Source: Coniocarpon cinnabarinum (lineage: Eukaryota). Taken from it: a DNA stretch of 62,665 nucleotides. The notes under the pieces were generated by a model, which was given only the letters and a program-made list of their open reading frames with translations, did no database searches and was not told the origin of the DNA. The stretch covers positions 1-62,665 of the forward strand of contig JAVECO010000141.1 of assembly GCA_051942205.1 (NCBI GenBank), in the 5' to 3' direction. This document shows positions 49,916-62,665 of the stretch, piece by piece (within the stretch, counting starts at the first letter, position 1; the number at the start of each line of letters is the position of its first letter). The translations under genes were made by a program, and so were the position numbers.

Positions 49916-52900
49916 CTAGGACTGAACGAAACGTGAAGGCTGGCTCATCATTTGGAAGAAGGAGGCAAACATACGCTCAAGCTATCAATTGGTTAGCAAC
50001 ACGCGGTGAGAATTGCAGGGGTCTTGTCTTACCTCTGGCGACTTCTTCACAAATGGCAAGTCCCAAAACTTATGTTGCCTGTTCTTGAGTAGTTCTTCAG
50101 TCGTAATCATCAGTCCCCACGAATGAGGCCGATGGGCCACCAGTCGCTCGAGTAGCACCAATGCTATCTGCTCTTGAATTTCCAAGGTCAATTTCTCTTC
50201 CGATCGAGGGTGGAACAGATGCAACAGAGCCAAACCAAAGAAGTTTGTGTGCTGGTTGTGCCACCGAAGCTGGTCGACTATGGCACTGATGAGCAAATAC
50301 CTCGCCTTGAGGTCCAGACTCTCAACCAAAGCGTCGAGTAGCAACGCCTGAGTTGACGCAGGGTTAAAAGAGATACCGGTTCCTGGGCTCATTGGATCCG
50401 TATGAAGAACCAGATGTAGGATTAGCGCATGGAAGAGTTGAAAGTCCGCTGGGGAATGAGAAGAGTCGGCGTTCGCAGTGTAATTGCCACTGTGGGTCAG
50501 GGCTTGAACGATGTTATCGACAGGTCTCGAAGACTTGTTTGAGCCTTGTAAGTATTCAGTGACGATTGTAAGGATGCTTGCAGACCGCAAAACTTCTTGA
50601 ACATCTCCACGAATGCTCATTGCGGACTTGTCGTCTTCATTCGTGTCGTTGCCTGGACTGGCTGCGAACGGCTCATCCATGTCGGTAGCGTTGGTCGGGG
50701 TTGCACTGATGATCAGACTTCGCAGCTGGGCGCATCGCAAAGGCACTGCATTCAGTAGATGGAAATGCTGCTTAGCCAAGAAGTCCGGGAAGTCGTGATG
50801 TAGCACCAGGAGTAGTTCGATGGTGCCTCGAAACAGTTCCCTTGCAGGTCCCCGTGCCTCCACAGAATCGACCTCCTCGCAGACAAAGGGTAGATACATG
50901 GTGAGCAGCTCACGATACGTCTTCCATCCGATAGTCGGCTCTCGCATCAACATTGGCATTAGTGTGCGATGTGACAAGAGGTCCAAGAAGGCAAACGAGA
51001 ATGACGGAAAATGTTGGGGTCGTACGAGCATCAATGATCTGCCCACAGCCGCAGCCAAAGCAGTCGCAACGCTGCTGGTCAACATCCAGGCTGATTGTAG
51101 TTCAGAGACAACGCTGGCAATCATGCGGAAGAACATGCGCTGAGCATTTGCCGCGCCATTCATGTAATGCTTCACAAAGATGAGCACAAATGTACTGAGG
51201 ATGTTGCAGAAGTATTCAGACTTCTTGATATTCGCGCTGTCGTTGGCTTTGCCTTGAAATGCTGCCAGGTAGACGACGAGTTTGGCTAGGGAGTCGATCT
51301 TGAGAAAGCTACCCTCTGACACCGCCGCACCTTTGCGTGATTCGTCGTCATGATACGCTATAGCACTTTCGAGACACACCCGAATGAAGAGCATGTAGTC
51401 TTCTTTGGTAGCAAGAGCTTTACTTTGGTGAAGCTGGAGCATGAACGTGGTAAGCAAATCCCGGCCTTGGTCTCTGAGTTGCAATTTGGTCCACTCCTCA
51501 AAGACATAGGCGATCTGCACTTCTTTGTTTGAGAGACCTGCGTTCTGCAGCGCGTCTAGTGGCATCGTAGTGGAGCCTTGTAGCTTGCTGAATATGTCCT
51601 CAAGCAGGGTGTTGTCAGGCTCTTCCTTGTGCCAGGTTCCAAATGCTGCCATACTGCGCGCAAAGTCTGCGCGAAGGACAATTGGTGGATCGGACAGCAA
51701 AAGCCGATCCACGAGCGTGGCAAAGAAAGTCAACGCTTGCTGGTTCTTGTTGAGCAGAGCGGGGGCCATCATATCATCGATGATGCGCGTGTCCACCAGC
51801 TGGGCCTTCAGGTACGCGACTGTAATGATAGGATTAGATAGACGTTCATCGGAATGGACGATCCAAGTCGAAATCTCCTTGTTGACCAAGTCTGACAATT
51901 CGCAGAGCTGCATAATCACCTTTGCAATGACTTCCACAACAGGCGACGGCAAAGTGGGTTCATGATTGTATAAGTCCATCACGAAACGTTCAGCAGCACT
52001 CACTGCGACCTTTTCTTGGATGAAGCCGTTGCCTGCCTGACGTTGAATGAACGCTCTCAGGCTTTGCCACGCTTGATATACGGATGGCAAGCTTGCCAGA
52101 TCCTTGCCAGGATGCTCCTCAAGGCCAGCAAGAGCGACCTGCACGACGCTGTCGTGAAGCGAATCCATCCTCTCCTGCAAGGAGCCCCCCTCGCTATACC
52201 CGTTCACAAGCGGCTGTGTGCCGCGTGTTTGAGCTGCGATGCCGTGTCCTTGAGGTGCGCCTTGTCGGAACAACGCCGCATTGTCGGCTACAGAGGGAAT
52301 ACTGGGCATGGCGCCGTATTGATCTTGCAAAACGTCTGGAATTTGCCTTGGTCCTTCTTGAGATGCATTTGCAGTTTGGGCGACATTGCTTCGAGTCGTA
52401 CGACCGAAATCCTCGTAGATGGCAAGCTGCTCGTTATTCAGCCCACCTGGTGATGGCTTGTAGGGATCGGGAACATGAGACGCCCAATTGCTGATGGGCT
52501 GATCTTTGTAGATTCCATTGCGGCGGTCGTGTATTTCCTTACTGATGAGTTCGTTGACGGCCACAATTGAAGCAGCCTCAGCTGCCTTTTGGATCAGACT
52601 ACAGATTGCCTCGAGATTATCATTCACGAACAAAACAACATTGCCTTCCGTGAGAACATGATCACCAAAATGATCAGAGGCTAAGGTCCGAACATTCGAG
52701 GCAATGCTTGAACGAAGCGGTTCCTTGCATGTCACTAAGGCAAGATTTCCAGCCAAACAACGAACAGCTGAATGAGCAGATTGCTCGTACCTGTCGGCAT
52801 CAGGCTCTAACGCAAAATCTTTGTGGATGAGCTGCGATGCTGAAATGGCAGCGATGGTGACCGAACGCTCGACGACGGGTTCGATGATGTCTTGGATGGC

Positions 52901-55900
52901 TTTGGAAACCGCTTGGCTGAGCACGTCTTGCATACGGCCTTTGACTTGAGTGTTGGTAGTGGCCAGGGTATAGTTGTGCTTCAGCATGTTGGAGATCTCT
53001 GCGACGTCTGGCAGTAATGACGGTGACAATCTTTCAGATCGGGCGGCGCCTCTTGCTAGACGCGCCATCGTCAGATCACCGAACCCGTCAGCACCTTCTG
53101 CCAAGGCATTGAGCGCAAGCTCATCAGGTGGCGGCCGTGATCTGATTGCATCAGAAGCCTCAACATCCTTCTCAGACAACCCAAGGTCATTCAGAAGCTT
53201 CTCGATCTCGAAAATGTGTTGGGTCTTGACTTTATTATCGAGATGCCGTCGAATCTCTACGAGGACCTCCACGATGTCCATCGTCCAAGCGCAAGGCGGT
53301 CGGAAGACATCTGATTGTGCCGCGCCCGTCAACGTCCTGCAGGTAAATGGAATGGCCAAAGCAAGTCGCTCAGTGTCGTGGGCTTCGATGAGGAGTTCTT
53401 TGAAGGATATATTCCGGTGTTTGATGGGTTTGTTACGCGCGAGCGTGATAGCACCTAGCCAGTCTGCCAGATTCTTCAGGCTGGTTCGATCGCCCGAGGA
53501 TTCAATGGTCTTCTCTGCGTTTAGCAGGCGGAAGCTGCAAATAAATGTCTGTCGTAGGACTTCCAGCCACAAGTCTCTATCTTGAAACTGGTCAATGACA
53601 CTCATGTAGAGTCTCTGGTTGTTCGGCTGGGTCTTTACCAGACCATCGACCAAACAATGAGCTAGCCATTGTTGGTTTTGCTCACCAATATGTGACTGCA
53701 ACTCCGGGAACTTGCTGTCGAGATTCCGATCAGACAGGTTGTTCAGTGTAAATGTGATCTGGTTTTGCGCCTGCTCGCTGGGGTCTTGATAGTCATGTCG
53801 CATTGGCGAGTCCACGCCGAGGCACGTAAACTCCGGCACCTTAGGCTCAGGCGCTCCACGGAGAAAGTCGTCCATCGCATCACCTTGTTCTTGATCGGCC
53901 GTCTCGCCATTGGGCAATTCTTGACTGTCTTGCAGTATTGTTCGGGTGACATCTCCGATCTCAGTCTCTTGCAAGGCAGGAATATCCAGTAATCTCTCAC
54001 TAAACATCTTCCACTCAACGAGACGATCTTTGAAATGCAACAGAGCTTGCAGACCAAATTTAAACATCGACTCTGAAGCGTTGTAGTCTCGCACAGCTTC
54101 CAAAACCATCGCCAAGGCGGCCTTAAGCGCGATTCGAGACAGTAAGTTACAGTTGATAATACCTCCAAAGAGCACCGCTGTGATAGCGAGCGCACTGTTT
54201 GGATAGCCGTTGAAACAGTTGTACTCATCGAACAAACCGAAGATCATGCAAGCGAATAGCTCTTGTTCTTGCGGATCCCGCGAGCTTTTGTACCGCTCCA
54301 AATCTGTCAAGATGTCTCGCACCTGAACTTGATCACTGTACATCCTCTCGTAGTGCTCCTGCATGCGCTGATCAGCTTCTGATGACAATGTATGACCGTC
54401 ACGGCTATTTTCATCGATGATATCGTCAAAGCCTTCGCCATAATTAATCAAGCGAGGGTAGTGATGCATACAATCCCGCTGTAGGGGTATCAAGTCATCT
54501 TCGGGGAGACCTGCATCGCCGAGAAAAGTTAGAAGCGTGTGTACGGTCTTGATGGAAAGAACTGGCGTCTTTGACTCAGACTGATCGCGTTCTGCATTGC
54601 CATCGTCCTGGGCCCGGGTCTTCATGAACCTTCCCAAAGTGGTCAACAGGCTCGGCCCAGGCATGGTCTTTGACAACTCGTCAAGCCACTGTTCCAGATC
54701 GAAAAGATTCTGTCCGTGTGCAAGAGTGGCCAAGTCTAAGCTGAGCTCGTTGTTGAAGGAGATGAGTTGTTCTAGCCAACCATGCTCCACAGCGTGTTCG
54801 AAGATATTCACAATGCTCGCGGGGCTTCTGGCGTAGAACTCCTTCAGGCGTTGGGCCAACCAGGTTTTGTCCCGCCTCCACAGTATGTGAAACACAAACG
54901 GCGCTCCGGAGACTGCTTTCGCGAAAAACGGTTGGACGAGTTGGCGGACTGCCTGATCCTGTAAAGCGCCCCATGGCTTAGGTACCGCGGAGACAGATAC
55001 AACGAAAAGGTCCATGTGAGGATTGATAACCCTCTCAACGACTCCTAGTTGTTGTGCATGGTTGTATGTGTCGCTGGAGCGAAATACCATGTCAAACAGC
55101 GCCCTCGTACCATCCAACGACACAAAGGGCGACTTGACGGCTGTCTCAGCGTAGGAGCGAATCTCCTCACTTGCATCCTGGAAGTCTTCCATTGTGAACG
55201 CAGCCCGTAAACGCGGAATCGTGGTCGCGTCCAGCTCTTCTGGCTCGAAAGAAAGAAACGCAGATACAAATGCCAGCTGTGCGTCGCTATGCCGCCAATT
55301 GCCACCCCAGAGCTGCTGGATGTCGAAATTCTCATACTCGATCGCTAAAGGTATGAGAGCATCATACAGGCGTTTGAATTGCATCCTTGTAACTTTCACA
55401 CCTTCGCGGTCGAACGCTCCAATGACATCTTGCCAGTCGAGCCTTTGACCGCCTCTATGCTCTCGGAGTGCTGAGATAAAATTATTCATGTTGTAGGGCG
55501 GCTCATCAGCGGCAATGGCCATGAAAAGAAGCACATTAGCAACCTGTTGATAGCCAATATCTTGAATTTCGACACTGTCAAGTAAGACTCTCATTCGTTC
55601 GAGTTTTTCCGCACCTCGAGAGCCTTGACGCTGAACAGTTTTCACAAGAGAATTAGATTGTTCCAGAAGGTCGAAGAGGAGAAGAGCGGCCTGAATCTCG
55701 GTAGGTATAGCCATGTTCACTGCTCGAAAGCGTTGTCGTACCGCCATGCGAAGTTGCGAGGTGTTGTCGGCCGTCCAATCTCGAGGAGGATATTGGGCTA
55801 GGTGATCGATGATGCTAGCGATCATGGTAGGGGATGGATCTTCAATGCCTTCGGTCCCACGGATGTCCGTGAGAAGCGCTAAAAACGGTTGTATGTTATT

Positions 55901-56918
55901 TTTCATGATGCCGTCCGCTTTAGCTCGCTGATCTGCTTTGGAGGATCGCTTGAAGGCCGAGGCAAGCGAGAACTTGCCAACGGTCTTCAGCTGGAAATGA
56001 TCCATGAATGCAGACATGTCGAAGTCCTTGAAGATCTCACCATCGCGATCGCCGAATTCGATAGATTCAACAATTTTCGCGGCTTGTTGTGGGTCAGTCG
56101 CGACTTTTTGAACTTCTCCAGCCAAGACTGGGTAGCTGCCGCTGGAGTCGGTGCGTGCGTTGTGCCAGATCTGAGAAGCATTCTGCAGGACAAGTCGTCT
56201 GAAATACTTTGTGAATACGTCCATGCCGTGGGAGTCAACCAGCTGCGTAAACAGTCCCAAGTTAGCTAGGTTACTTCAAGCCCTTTGAAAGCGGTACCTG
56301 GCATACCTTTCTGAGCTGGTCGACCTGTGACTCCCACTTATTCGCGTCGCCCTGTTTCAGCGAACTGAGCAAGAACGTTATTTGTGTAATGATAATGCTG
56401 GAAATGGATCCAGATTGGCCGACTTCCCCAGCAGCCGATACGGGAGGCGAGCCGTGGGAAACAGACGAAGAGCCTCTTGAGACACCTCGCGCTGTTGACA
56501 GCCCGGACCCGATGACGCCTGAGGGTTGTGTTGTATTCGTACCCAGATTACTGGTAAAGGTGCTTGTACGCGTTCGTGACGAAGAGGAGTTACTCGGTTG
56601 AGTGGGCGGGGAGAAGGGGGAGGAAGATGCCGATATGGAAGTGCTGCGAGGATTGTTGCGAGACGGTGCGTTGGAGTAAGAGGTCGGCTGAGACGGAGAC
56701 CAGGGATTTCGTGGGCTATGAGAGGAGCTGCTGGGACGGGTCGTGGATGGGTTGATTGAGGTGTTGATGGAGGCCGGTCCCCGGCGAGGAAGAGAGGAGG
56801 ATGAGGATGCGGACTGATTGAGCGAAGACCAGGAGGTAGGACGGTTGGCAGACTGTGACAGGGGACGGTCGTTGGTGGAAAAGGCTGGAGTTTGGTCTTT
56901 TGGGTGGGTCGGGAACAT
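49916..56918 (-). CDS. NOT1: CCR4-NOT complex scaffold subunit Not1 (Cdc39), 3 exons, about 2,300 aa
   Basis: LVDSHGMDVFTKYFRRL, YPRLINYG, FACMIFGLFDEY...TAVLFGGII, LKNLADWLG...NKPIKH, PVVERSVTIAAIS...KDFALEPD, LALVTCKEPLR, LLVLHHDFPDFL, LERL.AHRPHSWGL, FWDLPFVK. The exact start codon is uncertain. Confidence 0.95.
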
Positions 56919-57303
56919 GGGAAAGCCGGCAATCAGCCCATTGGACTGATTGTCGGGGTGCCTGGAGCCGGACGACGAGTGATCAGTGATGCTCTGGTGC
57001 GTTGGTCGAGGCGCGCGACGAAGACGAGCTGGAAGTGGAGGCAGAAGACGCAATTCAATGTACGCGAGTAGGTAGTTGCGGTAGTTGCTCGATGGAGGAG
57101 AGCAGAATTCGGGCGCGTGTGCACGGGCCCACGCGAGCTCCGCAGGCGAGCAGTGGCGAGAATCGTGGCACTGTTGCCCCTACCAACGCGTGGTGTTGAC
57201 TAGTAAACTTGAAGTCATCGTCGACCAGCTCCAACTGAACACTCGGCCTCGTCACCATTCTGTAGTCAGTACTTGCGCATTGAAGGTCCTGGGCCACTCT
57301 CAA

Positions 57304-59714
57304 ATGGATGTCAAACGCGGGCCTCCGATTTCCCTGTTCGATGTGTATCTGCGCCTGCGCCCGCCACATGCGCAGTCGTCGGAGCCCTTCGTAGATCTTG
57401 ACACACAAGCAGATGGACATCATACGCACATCACGGTGAAGCCGCCCGCCTCGGACAGTCGCAAACGTGCAGTGGAACGATTCGGGTTTACTCGAGTCTT
57501 CGATGAGCATGCTGCGCAGCTGGACATCTTCAATGGCGTATCATTGTTGCCGCAGCTTGAGGGCGTCCTGGCGCCCAACGCGCGTGCGGGAAGAGACGGC
57601 CTGCTGGCTACTCTGGGTGTGACAGGCTCTGGAAAAGTATACAAGAAAATGAGAGCGGCAAATTGCACCACGCTAATATGCTATAGAGTCACACTATCCT
57701 TGGATCCAAAACGCAACGCGGTCTTATTCAACTCACCCTAGATATCCTCTTTCAAAGTATCGGCTCCAGCATCACGGACTCCTGCGCGATGTTTTCCGAT
57801 CTCACTTTGACGGACCGGTCTGAAGCTCAGCTTCAGATTGCTACAACCTTCCTCGAGTCCATTTATGGTGACGGCGATAGCCGTTTCAATTCTCGTGCAC
57901 AAACCCCCATGCCGGTGAGCCCTCAGAAGTCTCCTTTCAAGCTCCAGAAGAACCCCGCAAGAGCGAAGACACATTCACAGATACCGCGCTTCCAACTATC
58001 AAAGATCTACAGATCCCTCAAGAACAAAGCTCCCGTGAAAGATACACGCTGCCCTATCCCGGGCGAATTTCCACAAGATCCTGCTGAAGAACTCGAACAT
58101 AATGAAGATGAATATCATGCAAAAGTCCAAGATGATGAGAATGACCGCGCAAATCCCTTCTTTGGCATCGCAAACCTCACGAGAAATTTTGCTAAGGCTT
58201 TGCATTCCCCTTCAAAGGAGCAACCATCATACCCCACGCACAGTACACCTCTATCTTCGAAGCGACCGATCCCAAGAGCTTCTACTATACCAAAGCTGCC
58301 TGAGATAGATAGCCTACGTGTGGCGTCGGATACGACGTCTGAGTATGCAATCGTCATTTCGATGTACGAAGTATATAATGACCGGATTTTTGACCTGCTA
58401 ACAGGAGCTGGTGTGAACTCCAAATCGGCTCCAAAGGACAGCCGTCGAAGAGCTTTGTTGTTCAAATGCACCGAAGACTCGCCAGATAAAAAGGTTGTTG
58501 CAGGATTACGAAAGGTGATATGCGGTTGCCTCGAAGAAGCCCTGCTCGTTCTCGAGACTGGCCTGACCGAACGACGTGTAGCCGGAACGGGCAGTAATGC
58601 AGTCAGCTCAAGGAGCCATGGCTTTTTTTGCATTGAAGTCAAGAAAAGACCGCGTGGTGTGCCATCCAGCTGGACCAGCGCAACCATGACCGTCGTTGAT
58701 TTGGCTGGGTCTGAACGTGCGCGTGCCGCAAAAACAGCTGGATCCACTCTCGCTGAGGCTGGAAAAATCAACGAATCTCTTATGTACCTGGGGCAGTGTA
58801 TGCAAATGCAGTCAGACAACGCTCATCTTGGCGCATCCAGTGATCCGCATCTGGTCCCTTTCAGACAGTGTAAGCTTACCGAGCTGCTGTTCTCCAACAT
58901 TTTCACTCAACGGGGTGCTGGCAACGGTGCAAGGGCGCAGCAACGAGCGACAATGATAGTGACGGCCGATCCGAGAGGTGACTTCAATGCGACGAGTCAG
59001 ATTCTCAGATACTCGGCGCTGGCCAGAGAAGTGACGGTTCCTCGTATTCCGTCGGTCACACAGTCGATTATTTATCCATCTCTGTCAAAGCATGAAGCGA
59101 CTTCTCCAGTCATGGAATCTGCAGCTTCATCAACAGGACGAACGAGTCCTACTCTCACAAACAACGCTGGTGAAGAAGTTGCTGCACTGCAGTCAGAACT
59201 TGAAATCTTGCAAGTGCAATTGTCAGAAGAAGTCATGCGCCGCAAGGCAGCAGAAGCGTCCTGGGCACTGGCATTGGCGAAGACCGATGAAGTGGTCGAA
59301 GCGGCAGAAGCAGCAGTACGAGCAGAGTGCATGGACGCGTTTGAGCAGCAGCTTGCGCTTGAGAAAGCGCGCTTCGCAGTTGCTCGCGACGAGGAGCGTG
59401 AAGCAAACGAAAAGCTATTCGACAGCAAAGTCGACATCTTAAGGGAAGCGACAGAAGTCGATGATGATGAGCCGGGCGGAATTTCGATATATGAAGATAG
59501 CTGGGAAGAGAAGTTCAAGGCGGTGGAGCGCGAGAACGGACTTCTGGTGCAGCGGTTGCAGCAAATGGAGAACGAGACCAGGAGACTGCAGAATCAAGGC
59601 AACGCAAGAAGTCCAAGTCGAAAGCTGAAACCGTTGAAAACGAAACGATGGGTCGCAGAGCATGACAGCATGCTAATGGGAAGCAACGATGAGAACGAGC
59701 TTCCAATCGTCTGA
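57304..59714 (+). CDS. Kinesin-6 family motor protein (MKLP/Klp9-like)
   Basis: VYLRLRP, P-loop GVTGSGK|S, long loop-6 insertion, SMYEVYNDRIFDLL, switch I NAVSSRSH, switch II DLAGSER, INESL, VPFRQCKLTELLF, C-terminal coiled coil. Confidence 0.9.
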
Positions 59715-59775
59715 CCTTCTCTGGCTAGAGGCACAAATGCGGCACATATCTCTGAAAATACTTTTTGCCCACGAC

Positions 59776-61712
59776 TTAGATGCTTGATACTGTTTCGAGC
59801 AACGTCGGCTGAGGTCCCGCACCAGGCCACATTGCCAAAATCCTTGGCGTCGAGATTGCAGTCTCTTTGCCGACTAGGAGCAAGCGTCCTTTCTGAAGAG
59901 AGATGGAAAGTAGCTGAACATCCGCCGCGGTTTCTTCGCCATGAGGGCCATTTTGGGATGCCTTCTGCAGTGTTGAAGACATGGCATCGAGCTGTTTCCA
60001 TCCTCGAGACAAGCGAGCGATTTGGCTCGCAACATGTAGGCAAATCTTCTGCCTGATGTATGCTGTGAACGGCTCAATCTGTGTGAAATGAGCTGGTTGA
60101 CTGTTACTGGAATCATCTCCATTTGATCCAGTGTGAAAAGCAATGTCAAAAGATGTACCAAACGCAGGAGAAGAGAATAAAGTGTGGACCTGTAGGGTCA
60201 GGGTCAGAGGAGTCGAAGAGATGCTGTCGAGCTGAACATTTATGTCCTGAACGGTTGTATGCGCCCTTGTTATTGAGTCAACTAATACCTCCATCGGCGT
60301 GAAACCTTTCTTGGACTTTGTCTCGTCACTTCGAACCACGGTCTGTTGGAACTTGACTCCACAAGCATTGCAAGCGTCGGATATGGACTTGATAGAAATA
60401 TGCAAATTCTCAGTAGCAGCACGATGATGAATGAAATTGAGAAGCGCTTGTAGGATGTGAGAGGGTTCTTCAGACTTCTTCTTGTTATCCGAAAGTGGTG
60501 GTGGTGGGCTTGACCTTTTGCGAAACCGCTGCCGATACACATTCGTGAGCAGGATGCGGCATATCAAAGCGATCGAGGAAGCCTGCCAGTTCGTATCTCG
60601 AGCGTCAGCGTCAGGTTCGGCGAAGTGAGGTTCAGCCAAGGATATCACAATTTCACGGGTAGAGGAGCCACCAGGTGAAGGTAGCGGCACGTGAATGGCA
60701 TCTTCGATAATCTTGACATTGTAAGCAAGAAGATTGCGTGCTTCACTCGTCATTTCGTGGAAAAGCTCTTCCTCAAAAAGTGAATCTCGAGCATCACGAA
60801 TGCGACTCTCGATCTCGGATGATGCGTCCCGGCTGTGTAGGTTTCGCGATTCGGCGACTTTGCGACCATTCTCCATTATGAAAACATGAACAGCTTTGTG
60901 TTCTCGAAGATGACCGCGGTCGAGTATAATGTCACCATCCTCATTTGCTCTCAAAGCTGCGTGGCCCCGTGACTGAAACAATGGTCCAGCTTCGGCTCAA
61001 AGTCAGCTCCCATTTCTTAAAGCAAAGGTGGATCATTACCTTCTGAGAAGCCAAACTTGACACCAACTGTGTTACGCTGCCGAGGGATACGAGAGATGCT
61101 CCAGCCTTTTTTCTTTACCTCGCTGACGCCTTGCCAGTACCTTGTCTCCCTTTCGACCTCCTTGTTTAGTCTTCGAGCCGACTCAAGTAACGAGTCTGCA
61201 CTCCGCCTTAGGTTTTGCAAGCTCCAGCCCATCGACGTGACTTCATCAGACTCTAGATCCGCCTTAGACTTCGCTTCCGGTTTGAGTCTATCTAAACCTA
61301 AAGCACCCTGCTTGAAATTCTGCTTGATGAAAGGCGACAATGTCTGCTCAGCTTGTTGCGGCGCATGATCTCGCAAATGAAACGAAGTTGTGTCAAGAGC
61401 CAGGGCAATAGGATTTCGAGCCTGGTCAAGAAATCGCACCAGTTCATTCTTCGCGGCCCACAGCTCCTTTTGCTGTAAGGCAGTGTCCTTAACGCGATCT
61501 TCGGAGACCTCGTCGTCGACTTGACCTTTGCTTAGTCCCGCCGCTTCCTCTGCGATCTCCTGCCGCAACTTGACCTCCGTGACATTTTTCAAGCCATCGC
61601 GCTCAGTAGCGATACGCTGAACAAGTTGAGGAAGCGCATTAGCAGCTTCTTCTGAGATAGACGACGGCTTGAGCGTCACTCCTGGAGAAGCAATTGCACT
61701 GCCAGAAGCCAT
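59776..61712 (-). CDS. MED17: Mediator of RNA polymerase II transcription subunit 17 (Srb4/Med17), 2 exons
   Basis: RIATERDGLKNVTEVKLRQEI, ALDTTSF, LL.SARRLNKEVERETRYW, GW.ISR.P...GVKFGFSE|AGPLFQSRGHAALR, ARDSLFEEELFHEM..EAR. Confidence 0.9.
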
Positions 61713-61854
61713 CTGAGACTACGACACTACGGATGCACAAGTTTATAGAGAGTGTGTATCTGTTGTCGAAGTGCCAGCATGCGTTTACAGCAAGGAGATG
61801 TGGTGTGAATGAGGCCTCGGAAGGCTCCTATAAAGGTGGTTGATTGGTTGAACT

Positions 61855-62665
61855 ATGTAAAGGAGCGACTATAGAGAAAAAGTATAAGCCGTCCTTAGCC
61901 CTAGCTTATATACTGCCTAATATAGTAACTAAGTTACCTAATTAGTAGTCTTATATTATAATACACCTCCTTAAGAGCACTAATTAGTATATAAAATAAA
62001 TAAATCTATAGCTATTAGAGCTATATAAAGCAGATAATAAGTCTATTAAATAGGTAGTAAGCCTTAGAAGGCGTAGAAGAGAGTATCTTAGGCCTAAAGG
62101 CCTAATTATTAGATAAAAGCCTTCTACTTAAATAGTAGTAAGAGCTTTATAAGTCTATTAGCTACTTAGTTAGCTAAATTAATCTTTTAAATATATATTA
62201 AGCTATTTATAGACTACTAATAATAATAGTAGTTATTTAGATTAATATACTTACTATACTTATAATTTATATAGTTAGTAGTAAGTAAAATTATACTCTA
62301 ATTATCTTTATATATAATAATAGGCTTAAAGAGCTACTAGTTAAACTATATTTTAGTAAGAAGGTTCTATAGCTACTTAATTTAGTAGGTAGTCTTAGTA
62401 AGAGCCTAATATTTAGCCTTAGTACTTAATAGGATAATAACTAATTATAGGCAACTATACTAGGTAATTAGTAATCTACTTAGCTTAATAATAAAGCTAA
62501 AAGTACTTTATCTAGTATTAGAATATCTAGTAAAGTCTAAATTACTATAGGCCTATATAGTAAGCTTTAATTACTACTAAAAATATAGGCTAAGTATAGG
62601 TATAACATATAAGTATTAAAAGATATACTTTATAGCTTTTTAATATTACTTTCTAGAGTTTTAAT
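61855..62665. mobile_element. RIP-degenerated repeat/transposon relic (AT-rich), continuing beyond the window
   Basis: Abrupt drop to roughly 25% GC, massive TpA excess (TAG/TAA/CTA everywhere), near absence of CpA/TpG, and no ORFs. The element family cannot be identified. Confidence 0.85.

Overview
Gene-dense, intron-containing genomic DNA from a filamentous ascomycete (Pezizomycotina; GC about 50-55%, short GT-AG introns with CTRAY branch sites). There are three zones. (1) A conserved housekeeping block at 1-5.8 kb: BRF1 (5'-truncated), RIB5 and a family III CoA-transferase. (2) An accessory island at about 5.9-29.9 kb: a frameshifted membrane-protein pseudogene, a small Cys-rich secreted protein, a HET-domain protein, a DUF3292 protein, and a candidate isocyanide-synthase cluster (DUF1275/YoaK, MCT-type MFS transporter, intact DIT1/PvcA-family isocyanide synthase, secreted laccase with Phe at the axial position). 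A CCGCGGATG motif recurs upstream of four island genes. (3) A second housekeeping block at 30-61.7 kb (RPT5, PCM1, HOM6, HMT1, RHO2, NST1, an orphan gene, RSC7/NPL6, NOT1, kinesin-6, MED17), ending abruptly in an AT-rich, RIP-mutated repeat relic. Manual gene models suggest an unusually high share of AAG/GAG 3' splice sites (11-12 of about 52 introns), one GC-AG intron, and a possible 303-nt in-frame exitron in kinesin-6. All assignments come from recognised motifs and hand-splicing; no database searches were run.
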